Below are positions 26,747-39,445 of a stretch of DNA of 64,000 bases, in pieces. Made by a program: the position numbers and the translations under genes. Origin of the DNA: Lytechinus pictus (Eukaryota); NCBI RefSeq assembly GCF_037042905.1, contig NC_087251.1, forward strand, positions 14,510,001-14,574,000, read 5' to 3'. The first letter of the stretch is position 1. Every line of letters begins with the position of its first letter. The notes under the pieces are model-generated. The model ran no database searches and was not told the DNA's origin. It saw nothing but the letters and a program-made list of their open reading frames with translations.

Positions 26747-28514
26747 CTGTAGTTTTGAGGTGAAAAAACATGAAAATATGAGAGGGGACGATGTTTTTAA
26801 GACATTTAAAGAAAACAAGTGAACACAAAATTATTAAGATGACACATGGCAGAATTGTTATCATTTTCAGGTCTATGTGGGTGTTTGTGAGGGTGAAGAT
26901 GGGTGAGGGTGTGTGTGTGTGAGCATGTGTATGTTATTGCGTGTTTATGATATTTAACGTGATTTTACAAATGAATAATGTTCTACAAATGTAACCCTAC
27001 ATCGTAATAACATCCTGGTGTTTTACACATTAAATTCGAAACTATAAATCAGAGTGCATGGAAGTTGGTAGGAAAGAGAAAGTCAATGATAACATCCACA
27101 TGCATGTCCTGGTTGAGCTGTTTCTGGATTTGAATTCTGAGTTTCGATTTCGGCTCAGTATTGTCATGATTGTGGCGCTATTCAATGCACCATTGCTATC
27201 ATGATCGAAAGGAGAGAAAAATTAGAATGTGCGAAAGCACAATATTGTGGCATCAGTTCCAGTAAAGTTAGTCAACATGTCATTGATTTCCCCGTAGCTA
27301 TTGGCTTCCGACCTTTGGAGAGTTTCCTCTCAAAATTATGTCAAACTAACATGAGAGCTTGGGGCTGATTATCTTGAAATAGGAGTTTCAGGGCGTTCTG
27401 ATTTCAGTGATGATCAGAACCATTCATCAATGATCAAAATGTCAACCCTAAGGTTTTGCCACCTGGTGAGCCAACTAGAATGATCTGCCTATGAATAAAT
27501 CAATGATTGTCATTTCTACAGGGGTTGCAATGCTCTCCTTCTCTTTGCTCTTATTCCCTAAGAAATAAAAGACGAGGTTCCAGGAAGACCATCATCAACA
27601 ACAGAACATTTTTTTTCCCATACAGACCAGTATTCAAAATTATAAATAGTTCCTTGAACTATTGGGAGGAAGCAGGATAATGATATCCTCACTTTGCAGT
27701 TGATTGAGAGCGTAGGAAATCATCATGAAGGTCATCATCCGTTAAACGCATGTGTTTTGTAAGATCAGGGCGCTCCCTTATTATGGCGGGTTTTATTCTA
27801 TTCCAATTTCATCTACTGCAGAAATGTGAAATGTTTAATTGTCATATTCACAATTTATGCACCCATCACTTTACCTCATCCATTACAGGGTAAAAATTTC
27901 TTAGTTAAACGTTGTATTCTTATGTTATAAATACATGACCCTTGCTTCATATTACTAAAGGATGACAATTAAGATAACTTGCTGATATTGGGCATAAAAC
28001 CCTTCTGAATTGACTTTTTATCACTTATGTGTGTTGTTTAAGTACTTATAATTTCATACAGTTTGCTTTTAGGTTATACCGCCTATTTCATTGATTGATC
28101 CTGATTTCCACCGAGGGTAATTATACTTGGGCTTAATATGGCAAACGTTATCTGCAAAGTTTGGCCATCATGAAGTTTTACACAAGTCTAAATGAAAGCG
28201 GGCCATAGCTGTGAACTTCCAATGCCATTGATTAATCCGGTGAGCTGTAAACCTATCGATGGTGTTGTCTTGGAAATAACGTAATATCTTTGGTACGTAT
28301 GGAATCAGTTTCGTCAGTGTGACTGTAGTGTGCGGGATCTTATTGTAAAAGAATAACTTTTCTAACTCGACAGTCCTTATGATTTGGTGTTTGTCTCTTG
28401 CTCACTCATCATTTCGTTATGGATAATTAACCTCAATAAAATCATTAAGCAAGCATCGTCACTATATGCTATTAGAATAACAGTTTTCCTTTTCCTTTCT
28501 GCTTTTAATATTAC

Positions 28515-28766
28515 CTCGTATGTATCGCACCTCCCAAAACAGGCATCTAAAACAAGATTTTGTGGCCGGCATCCGGGTTTTTCTGCCTTGTATTGTAAGT
28601 ATTGCCTGACGTGACAGCCCAAACGACCATTTGCTTCTACTTTTGTAGGCCATATTGTGATATAGAGAACCAGCACTGTGAGGACGAGCGATGTTACCAT
28701 ACGATGGATGCGGTATGACGTCATTGTCGTAGTCAGTGTTTTTGTTGATTTCATCCTCGATTTCAT
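28515..28766 (-). CDS. GPHB5: Glycoprotein hormone beta-5 (thyrostimulin beta), first coding exon
   Basis: Hydrophobic signal peptide (MVTSLVLTVLVLYITIWPTKVEA), then GCHVRQY..KAEKPGC....VLDACFGRCDTYE and a GAG|GTAATA donor. Both exons together give 10 Cys, as in GPB5. Start is ambiguous (ATG at 28766, 28754, 28724 or 28700). An acceptor ccttag at 28775 suggests an upstream non-coding exon. Confidence 0.9.
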
Positions 28767-29401
28767 CACGTGATCTAAGGTTAAGCACAAATGAGAAATG
28801 TCGAAACTGTCATTAATTCCAATTCTAATAGAACTAAGTTTACGAATGAACATTTTGTATATCCTTAGCTATTAGTTTCATATTTCATAATAAAAGTTCT
28901 TAATTTGTTATTCTAATTAATGATGTTTTTCCCCAAAAAGATTGGTGGCTCGTGAGCAGCATTGGCATGGCGTGAAAATCCGCTGTCAATCCTTATTTGT
29001 GTGAACCTACGAGTAGGAAAACAAATAGGAATTTTCCAGCCATTTAGTCAACAGGCTTTAAAAGTCCACCAGGATTCACAGATAAAATGGCTACGGAACA
29101 AAGTTTATGATTATTACCATGATTATAAAGGAAGAGTAAGGAGGAAATGTGTTTGAGAGGGCTCAAAGGCAAGCTATATAGGTACAACCTGTGATCATAG
29201 ATGTTGTACACAGATCATGGACGTATATCTTTCATTAGATTCATACACAAAATAGAGAAATAAATAGGGGAAAATAAGATTTCAAATTGTGCAAAAAATA
29301 ATATTCAAACATTTATTGCATTGCCATTGAACTAAAATGAAGATACACTACGCGTAAAAAAAATATGAAAAAAACTTTGGTGGCGCACTGGACTATATAT
29401 A

Positions 29402-30389
29402 CAGTGCGTATCAAAAAAAATTTACACTTTGAAAAAGCACTGGGAATTAAAAAATATACAACATGTGGGTAATTTTTCCACATATAATCTTGGGTTTGGG
29501 TCTCATCTATCCAATGAAAGTAAAAGTTTTGTCAGAATGTTACACTTGAGTGAGCACTGTCCATTTTTGTAAAGCTCGCAGAAATCTGTTTGCGCAGAAA
29601 TGCTCGTTTTCACGCTGTGTCAAGGGGAAAGGGCGAAATCAAACTTACCCTGCAAAACATTTCTCATACATTTCCCTTGCACTTTTAGTCAATTGAAATA
29701 AAACGGATACATTCAATCATTTTGTAACAATTTTGCCACCCAAATTGAAATTTCAACACTTAGTAAGCACAATTTTTACCCTTTTCGTGCCAGCTGGATC
29801 TGAGGACATAACTAAATCTGAACAAAAGTTTATATCAGACATCTCCAACATTTTTTCACTAAGTTTTTATCATTGAAAGTGGGTTTACATTTCATTTTTC
29901 ATTTAATACTTGTTTCTTCAGTCACTTTTTCCAAGCTTGGCAATGATAAACAAAATGAAAATCAGGCTTAAGCCATTCCATGTAAATCACAGCTCAGTGT
30001 AAAGCAAATATCGTCATAATGGTCTCGGTGTGTGGGGGAGTGGGGTGGGGCAAAATGCACTCTTCGAAGTGTTTTGGGCAAGGAAACAAATCAAAAAAGG
30101 TAAAATATATCTTCAAATCAATTTTACTAGCTAAATTTCACGTGTGCTTCATGATAAAGGTCTACTTTTATTCGCATAACTATTTCAAAGTTCTGCGCAA
30201 ATCATTTTTCACTAACTTTTCAAAAGTAAGTGGTGCTCACTCAAGCGGAAATATTTTTCGACAGTTATATCGTCATTTGCTTAAATGGATCTGTACCAAT
30301 GTTAAAATGTGGAAAAATCTTCAAGATATTACAAATGTATAATTTTACAGGATTTTTTCAAAGTGTAAACTTTTTTTTGATACGCACTG
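29402..30389. mobile_element. Tc1/mariner-type non-autonomous element
   Basis: TA|cagtgcgtatcaaaaaaaa..tttacactttgaaaaa ... tttttcaaagtgtaaac..ttttttgatacgcactg|TA. Confidence 0.85.
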
Positions 30390-33300
30390 TATATTGAACA
30401 TGGGCTAACACTCAACACTGAAGATAATATTGTTATCATATATTTAGGGTGCCAAACACAAAAATAACTTCGTGAAAATGATACAGTAAGATAATAAATT
30501 AAATTTAGGATAAATTCATTATCACAAAGAGAGCAATGAAACAATAACTGATCAATAAATAACATGTCTAATTGAGTTTATTTCAAACGTGTATCCATCA
30601 TAATAATGCTACCACTGATCCTCAACATTTAAACAAAACAAAAAATGATACCCTATACGGAAAAATAATAATTCTGAAAGGGCAAATACACATATAATAA
30701 GATACTTTAACGATCTTTCAAGATGTTTTTATAGTTTAATAAAATATATTACCTAAGATGTTACATTTTGGCATTGCGCAGATGTGACAAACGAAGTGAT
30801 TTCGTATGTAAATTCTATCAATAACATCGCTTTGGAAATGGGCATGTGGTTCTTCTTCGCAGTAATACATACGAATCTCATTTATGGTGGAATTTTATTT
30901 TACCCAACTAAGTGCCTCGCGGTTGGAACTGGGGTTGCAAAGTGCCAGACTGATTATCAAAGCTTGTTTTTCTCATGTACCTCGCTATGTTCTTGACGTT
31001 TTCATGACACATCATTCTCTTCACTTGTTCTCTACCCACTGCTAATTGATATGGTAAAAGTAGTATCGAATTCCTCATTGTGTTTTTTCTTACAAAATGG
31101 TATTTTCAAACAACTTGTCATTAAAAAAAGACTCAAGTCTATCTGGCTGTGCCTTGTCATTAAAGGTAGAATAAAACGACGAGCGTCTGGGGAGTTGTTT
31201 GGAATGTTTTATGTTGAAAGTAAGTAAAAATGAGAATTAACCCTCTGATGATATTGCTGTTGCCGTTGTTTTTATTTCCGTAAGATTAAAAAGAAATCAT
31301 GTAATATTACAAATAGAATGAACTGTGTATACAAAATTACAAGGTAGAAATTACGACTGATAGCCCATATTCAGCTGCAGTTATAATCATGATAATTGTT
31401 GCTGTTGATCTTCAATGGGACCAGGTTTTTTTTTGATGGATGATATTTTTTGTACAATTCTGGTGATGTTTGTGTATAATTCTTTTATTGATATCTGTTA
31501 AAATGAGACCTCTGACCGGAAACTAAAATCGAATGGGGTCTTGGAACATAAAGTATTTACTTAATGAGCAGTATTTTTTTTCTTGATGCTATGAAATTTC
31601 AATATTTCTATAAAACATTTGTATTGCATGTCAACTTGAACAGGGAGTATTTTTTGTACATGTATTGATTATCTGTTCATTTTTAAGAGGGTGTTCGGTT
31701 TCAAGAAACACTCTCTAGGACATTACAGAACATGTGATATACAAATTATCATCCAATGAAAACAAATCGTACAATTTCTTTTTTTAAAGTAAATTATATT
31801 ACCTGGTATATAACACAGCATTAGAGAGACATATATAGCATTAAAACCGACGAAGACATCACATATCCTCCTCCATTTTGATATACTTAAATCATTTCTA
31901 TTATTCAATGTGTTCATCAAGATTTGTTTATATATTTACTGCGACAAGATACTGATTTCATACACCCTAAATTAGGAGTAAAAATGCAGAACGCTTAGTT
32001 CACAAATTAATGCAAAACCTTAATTTTTTATTTGATTTACTTTATTTGTGTCGAATTCACATTTTTAGACTGGAGTACCACTATGGATGTCAATGTGACA
32101 ATCAATAATTTGAAGATAAATACCTATCATTTTTTTGGAGCATGCAGGTCTGACAAGCATTTTTTAAGGGGTTATATTTTTTTTGGATCAGTCACTTCAA
32201 ACATAGGCCTACAGTATTTCCCGTCCCACGCTCCCTCTCCCCCTCCCACATCACCCCCTTTCTCTCTCTCTATTTTCATGCTCATTTTCTTATTCCTCAT
32301 ACATGTCATATGTCTCTCCAAACCACTTAAACTGTGCTCTTTGTTGAATAATGTTGTGATCATCATTGTATGTAAATGGGCATTTGAATAGCGATTTGTT
32401 TGATCGATGCCTCACAATCATATCTCAATCATCTTGATGTTTGCACACATTCGATATTCTCTTGAAAACATCTTGAAAACAACAAAAATCGACATGTGGT
32501 TACAACCAAATAAATATATGGACAACAAACTTGAAAGCGAATAGGCTATTCACGATGCACGTCCCATGACGTAGTCCCTCCCTTCCCTCAGAATAGAAAG
32601 GGAAAGGATATACAGGGCGTAAGGATAAAGTTTCATCTATTTAATCCAATCCTTCAGCACTTAAAACTCGCAAAGGATTTGCCTAAACAGAATACTACTA
32701 AACTGTCTGTTCCCAAGGAATTACACGGATATAGCTCTTTTTGTAACGCTGAAGCAGCGGTAGAAAAAGTAGTAGATATAGAGGTACCCGTATTAGCTCA
32801 GTTTATTTATATATATCATATTAGAGATTATAAATTCAAGCAAGCAGCACAAGAGCAGCCGTAGTTCTAATATGCAGTTTTAGTTATAAAAGTAGAAGTA
32901 AAGTTATTATTTTCATAATTTCTTCTCCATCTTCTCTTTCCTCTTCTCCCTACTCACCATTATCATTGTTACTAATAATAGCAGTAGTAGTAGGAGGAGG
33001 AGTAATAACATTTTAAAATGCATATTTACCGTCAGGATAGCTACTTTGAATTTAAAAGAACCAAATTGTTGACTTAGTATCTGGTCAATAAAATATTTGC
33101 CGTCATTGATAAGAGCGTGTAGATTCTTTTACTTAAATGCGTTTCATTATCTCCTTCAATCTTGAAACTCAGAACCAAATTAACAGTAATTAGGGAGAGA
33201 GGGGGCTTGTGTGAAATAAAGAGAGAAAAGGAGAAGGAAACGGAAGCAAGAAGGAAATGTGTAAATAAATAGCTTTATATAAATTGCTAATTAAAATGAT

Positions 33301-34605
33301 GTACAGGGGAAAAATCATTACCTGCAAATCCGCAATATAGCAATAGAGATATTTCAAATATCAAACAGATAAATATGTTGATCTTATCTGCGAGCGTTTA
33401 TTCACACTAATAAAATTACGACAATTGACTAATATATGACGTTTAAAATCGGTTAACTTGCTTGATTTGTGTCAAAAGAAAACTAGTAAAAAGCAATAAT
33501 TTGCGGTTGATTTGCTTCTAGCCTTTAATTATCAATGTCCCGTATATTCAATTCCTCTTAAAAGCGATGTGAATAATCTACTACAATTGTTTCTGACAGT
33601 TTTCAGTTCATTTTATTTTTTCTTATTTGTGAATTATAAAATTGAATATTCTTGCTTAACCACGTGGGCCATACGTTCACGCATGGCCCACGTAGAATAC
33701 ACCCCACCCACATGAAATATACTTATGAAACATCTATTTATGTACCTTCAATATTACTTCCTCAATCAGGAGTTTGGGAATACGTTTATGTCGTGCGGGT
33801 TCATCGTTGTTAAACAAATATGAAATTTATTCATTCGATTCAATGGGGACCCGCCTACCAGTATCATCACAAAACTTACAACAACGTCATTGATTTTGTT
33901 CCAGTATCAAAAAAAGTGTAAGATCGAATAATTCACTTTATCTTTTCTTATGAATATGAAGGTTTTGTATGGCAATTTCTTTCATAATACTAACCAATGA
34001 TCACTGAATCGTAAAAGAGGACGCTTTTATCTAAACATCCAATGATTGTGGTATCCGAAAAGTTACTTTTGAAAGATGGATAAAATAGACACGGTGAAGT
34101 GCAATTTTATGCATGTCCAGCTGGAATGACTTTTGACATTGATTATGTGACCTAAGACTCGTGCAAAACAATAAGTGATACTTGATTACTATTTCGTCCT
34201 TGTTTCATGGACAAGATCCATAAACTTTCAGTTATGATGACAATTCAAAAATCCCCCAGCATGGCCAAAGTTCTCTGACCCTAAATGACCTTTAGTGACC
34301 TGAAACTCACGCAGGATGTTCATTGATACTTGATTACTCTTATGTCTAAGTTTTATGAACTGCATCCATAAACACTCACAGTTATGATGGTAATTCAACA
34401 ATAAACCTAACATGACCAAAGTTTGTTGACCCTAAGTAGTTAAGGGATAGACCTGGGCTCACTTGACCTTTGACCTTTGAATCCGTAAGAATGCGTAAAA
34501 ATCCGTAAGAATCAAAGTACCTTCGCGCGCGTTTCATGATTACGTATAATTACAAGTTTGAACGTTAATTTTCTTCATTTCCCAACAAATAATCATCGAG
34601 TCAGC

Positions 34606-35256
34606 ATGAATATATTGGATATGTCCAACCGTTACGCTTGTTCACGATGCGATAAAACTTTTAGTAGGAAATATAACATGCAGAGGCATGAACAAATTGA
34701 GCATGATACTGGAGAAGAAACGAGTGAAGATGAAGAATCCGACCCATCCTCTCAAATGCAAAGAGTTGAAGAATCCAACGGTGATTCCGAAACGAGCGTA
34801 TCAGAAAGCGATGGACACGAATCGTCAATGACAGCAAACATGGAAGAAACTGAAGACAACCTCGCTTATCGAGGATGGTTAGAGCAAGCCATGACGGCCA
34901 CCAAGGACTTGAGAGACGAAAAATATCAGAAATACATCTCAGAAGGAATGGAAGAAGAAGACGCTAAAGCAAAGGCTCACGTGAAACTAATGTGGGCAGT
35001 CAAACGCATCTTTTTCGATCTGTACTCTCAGTTCTTGCAGCAGAACGTGTACCTCGAAGACGCTGACATCAATCATGAAATCGTGTCCGATCTCACGGAA
35101 AGATTAGAGAATGGCATGGAATTCCGGAAAGCCGTACAGAGAGTGTTAGCCAGACATGGTTCACAATTCGATGGTTTATTCCAGTATCAAGGTGACGATG
35201 ACGATAATGATGATGGTGGAGAAGAAACGGAGGGTGAAGATGGAACCTACAACTAA
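34606..35256 (+). CDS. Intronless C2H2 zinc-finger / acidic protein (216 aa) carried by the Polinton-like element
   Basis: Open ORF from ATG 34606 (or 34621): YACSRCDKTFSRKYNMQRHEQIEH (one C2H2 finger), D/E/S-rich linker, predicted helical C-terminal domain, acidic tail. AATAAA at 35559. Confidence 0.75.
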   Translation: MNILDMSNRYACSRCDKTFSRKYNMQRHEQIEHDTGEETSEDEESDPSSQMQRVEESNGDSETSVSESDGHESSMTANMEETEDNLAYRGWLEQAMTATKDLRDEKYQKYISEGMEEEDAKAKAHVKLMWAVKRIFFDLYSQFLQQNVYLEDADINHEIVSDLTERLENGMEFRKAVQRVLARHGSQFDGLFQYQGDDDDNDDGGEETEGEDGTYN

Positions 35257-35949
35257 AGGCACAAACATCAGCTTGTCGAATAATAATAATCCAAGAAAAC
35301 GCCCTCAACATAAATGACAGTTAGAACTTCATTGTGTTCATATTTTCTGAATGCCATCCATAGACATGTGTTACAATCCATTAAGTTAAGCGAAGAAAAA
35401 GAAAAACGAGAACTTCACTTTAATATTAATAATGGACAGTTAACAATTAGTTTTTAATTACAACATAATTTGAGAACATAACTTACATTATTTTACCTTT
35501 GTATCAAAATCTGTTGTTTATACAATATCTGAACCTATCTACATTATAAATGGAATAGAATAAATGATAATAATGATAAAATAATCATCCTTGACTGTAT
35601 AGTGTTTCATGTTATCACCATCTGTACTGCGGATGAATGAAGTTGATTGAAAGGAGTCATCTACTGGTTTAAATATGCATGTAGTATACTTTTGCGAGTC
35701 AGAGAGCCGTGCAGGTCATTTGAGATATGGAAGTATGTACAAAACAGTATGGAAAAGTCAGAGATTTTTGATGTGTAAAAGTCTGGAATGAGTAGAGTCT
35801 GAGATGTCACTATTATAATCACATTTTGGATTACCAATAATTGTTGTAATAAGAGACAGAGAGAGCCGGCTTTTACCTTGAATAGGATATCCCAAGTTCA
35901 ATGACGCGCGCTGGCCGTGCATGGGGTGATCAATTCGTGAACCGCGTGT

Positions 35950-36795
35950 GTAGAAATCATACGTCTGTTTCGTGCATCGTATCCTACACGTGACGATTGC
36001 GCCACGGTGGTGCAATACCGGGTAAAGGGTAATTCCCTGGGATGACATCACGGTGCTTACGTAGCCGGTGACGTCATGCGAGGCGGTTGACATATATCCG
36101 CCGAAAGGCGGAGAAAGATCCCTTTTTCAATAGGAAACTGTGCAGAAATCATACGTCTGTTTTGTGCATCGTATCCTATACGTGACGATTGCGCCGCGGT
36201 GGTGCAATACCGGGTAAAGGGTAATTCTATGACATCACGGTGGTTGCGCGGAGAAAGATCCCTTTTTCAATAGGAAACTGTGCAGAAATCATACGTCTGT
36301 TTTGTGCATCGTATCCTATACGTGACGATTGCGCCGCGGTGGTGCAATACCGGGTAAAGGGTAATTCTATGACATCACGGTGGTTGCGCGGAGTCATTAT
36401 CCAATTAAAATCGTGTCCCCGCGCTTCATTATCCAATTAAGATGGCGTCCCCACGCGGAGTCATTATCCAATTAAAATCGCGTCCCGCGCTTCATTATCC
36501 AATTAAGATGGCGTCCCCACGCGGAGTCATTATCCAATTAAAATCGCGTCCCGCGCTTCATTATCCAATTAAGATGGCGTCCCCACGCGGAGTCATTATC
36601 CAATTAAAATCGCGTCCCGCGCTCCATTATCCAATTAAAATCGCTTCCCGCGCTTCATTATCCAATTAAGATGGCGTCCCCACGCGGAGTCATTATCCAA
36701 TTAAAATCGCGTCCCGCGCTTCATTATCCAATTAAAATCGCGTCCCGCGCTCCATTATCCAATTAAAATCGCTTCCCGCGCTCCATTATCCAATT
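35950..36795. repeat. Subterminal tandem repeats of the Polinton-like element (140-bp unit and 66-bp higher-order minisatellite)
   Basis: gagaaagatccc at 36111 and 36251, plus a partial copy near 35950. From ~36390 cattatccaattaa subunits form a 66-bp unit (ORF repeat MASPRGVIIQLKSRPALHYPIK). Confidence 0.9.
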
Positions 36796-39186
36796 TCCTG
36801 TTTACCGCGTACCCAAAGGTCAAAGGTCATGATTGACCGGAAGGTGGGGTCACGGGGTCAACAGTGACCGGAAGTTGGGGTCAAAGGTCATGCGGTCAAA
36901 GGTCAAAGGTCAAGTGAGCCCAGGTCTATCCCTTAACTACTACCCTAAATGACCTTTGACCTTGGTCATGTGACCTGAAACTCGCACAGGATGTTTAGTG
37001 ATACTTGATTGCTCTTATGTCCAAGTTTTATGAACTAGATCCATAAACACTTAAAGTTATGATGGCAATTCAACAATTACCCTAACATGACCAAACTTTG
37101 TTGTCCCTAAATGACCTTTGATCTTGGTCATGTGACCCGAAACCTCGAGTGGGATGGTTTTTTTATACGACATTACCCTAATGTCCAAGCTTCATGAACT
37201 AGAGCCATAAACTTTTAAACTTATGATGAAATATCAAAAACTTCACATTGGTTGAGATTTCGAAGTTGATTTCCCCCAACGTGGTCTAAGTCTAGTGACA
37301 CTAAATGACATTTGACCTTGATCATGTGACCCGAAACTCACATTAAGTTATACTTGAGTATCCTTATGGCCGTGTTTCATGAACTAGGTCCATATACTTT
37401 CCAATTTATGATGATATTTCAAAAACTTATTTAACCTTGGTCAAGATTTCATGTTGATGAAGCCGTTGTCGCCGCCGCCGTCGGAAAAGCGGCGCCAAAA
37501 GTCTCACTCTGCTAAACAGACGAGGCAAACATGAGTGTAAGGATTTAAAAGCGTATCATGTTCATCTAGTCTTCATGTTTCCCATGTAGCCAAAACGGAC
37601 TATGAGATAGAGAAAGGAGGACGACTGAGAAGGCGTAGATGAAATCAGAGGAAAATGAGCACATCGAAAGCACAAAAGTAATACCTGATCAACTACTAGT
37701 ATTTTTAACAACTTTTCGGTTTAGAGATCTGTAGAATGTGGCTCAAAGTGCAACAACGGTTTTAAAGACAAGTACTTGATTGACAGATAACATTATGTTT
37801 GCGATCGTTATATATATTTTTTTTTAAATCAAGCGTTAATCTCACGCAAACTTGCACCGCGTGTAATCGTCGACCTCATGCGACAGCGTATAGCATTAAC
37901 CTTTTGTAAAGATAGTTTATACCAATTCTCTCTGTTGATTTTATTGTAATTTCTTTGGCCCACTTCACTGATCTTTTCACTACTTTCTCGAACTTAATAC
38001 ACCATTCACTCTCCCTCGACCAATTAAGAGTCTCGTATATTTTTTTTTTAATCTCTGATATCAATTTTAATTTATTATTTGGTTATAGAAGGGTTGATCA
38101 AAATTCCGGACATACTTTTAAGATTCGTTTCATTAATATATATATATATAATATGCTTTATTGAAAGTTTAACAAAAAACAGTTTGAAGTGCAGCGAGCC
38201 TGTCACTACCAAGTTGATGTGAAAATGAGATTAGACAGCAGATTGGCATTTATGATACCTATATAAGTATTTGGGCAACTTTCAATGACAGCTATTATAT
38301 GATTTCCTTTATCTTAACAACATTCCCATATGGGGGGTCTTATTTGATAGTGACATTTGCCTTTACAAAAGAATAAAAACATCACAATGCATACACTATT
38401 AATATCCAACAATTGTGAAAGCAAAACAAAATAATTTCCTGTATCATTTTGTTGGGGTTACATAATTGCGAATGGCAATGGCTAGTTTGGGATATGCGTA
38501 GATATGGATATTCAGAAATTAAGTGTTAAGCTGGATTGAACTAATTTATTCCCAGGCGATAAGAGATCTTTAAAGATTATCTACGCACTCTCTTGATTCG
38601 ACGGAAGATAAGACATTTAGAGCATTAGTCATTACGTGATCGTACAGTCATTGACTGGCACGATTTGACAAGTGAAAATGTATTTTGACGTTGTGAGCAA
38701 ATCCTCAGGTATTAAGTGACATTTTGTAATTATGACAATTGTCATGACAACGACAGCATTTTATAGAAAAATGGTGATGGTGCATTGCGATTGAGTATTT
38801 GTTAATGTCATTATTTAGTTTGGCAAGCTTTAAAAAAAATGAAATGGCAAACTGTGTTTTGGAACTGATAAGTTTTTATTGTCAAATCCCATTGTTTCTT
38901 TATTCATACAAGTCTTAAAACAATTGTATGTTGCTAATGGAATTATCAATACCAATAATGTCATTATGAAATTATGGTTGTCGTCGTTTACAACGATACA
39001 TGTTTGAAATTATTTACTTTATTCAATTTAAAAATACTTTCCATACTATTTAAATAATATATTTACAGCAATGGGTAGCTATTTGAAATGAAACAATAAT
39101 GATACTAGAAACAATCATGATATAAATATCATCGTCCATGAATGATGACAAAGAAATGTAAATGGTAATGATAGCTATTGAAAGCT

Positions 39187-39213
39187 ATAATAGTAGTAGT
39201 AGTAGTAGAAGTA

Positions 39214-39246
<33 letters not shown>

Positions 39247-39294
39247 ATAGTAGTGGCGGTGGTGGTGGTAGCAGCAGCAGTAGTAGTAGTAGTA

Positions 39295-39333
<39 letters not shown>

Positions 39334-39379
39334 ATAGTAGTAGTAGTAGTAATAGTATTGGTGGTGGTGGTGGTGATGA

Positions 39380-39418
<39 letters not shown>

Positions 39419-39445
39419 AAGTAGTAATAGTAGTAATAATAGAAG
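39187..39445. repeat. (AGT)n/(GGT)n microsatellite
   Basis: Direct reading. Confidence 0.95.

Larger units (their letters stand above)
34435..36941. mobile_element. Non-autonomous Polinton/Maverick-like element (2507 bp)
   Basis: ACCCTA|agtagttaagggatagacctgggctcacttgacctttgacctttga ... exact 46-bp inverted copy ...cccttaactact|ACCCTA. AGTAGT termini with a 6-bp TSD are Polinton hallmarks. Confidence 0.85.
34120..37530 (+). mobile_element. Helentron/HINE-like satellite-bearing repeat, split by the Polinton-like insertion
   Basis: Tandem units aaatgacctttgaccttggtcatgtgacc..ccaagttt..atgaact and a 3' end gccgccgtcggaaaagcggcgcc..agtctcactct shared with the copy at 40505-41295. Family assignment is by resemblance only. 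Confidence 0.6.

Noticed and set aside
27100..27900. Possible decayed LINE endonuclease fragment in the GPB5 intron
   Set aside because: Only vague motif traces; not enough to call without a search.
28377..28853. 158-aa single-exon ORF as the full hormone
   Set aside because: It reads through the splice donor at 28514 and lacks six of the ten cysteines, which are in the second exon.
36390..36795. Regularly spaced repeats resembling a CRISPR array
   Set aside because: The spacers are themselves repeated, the context is eukaryotic and there are no cas genes; it is a minisatellite.
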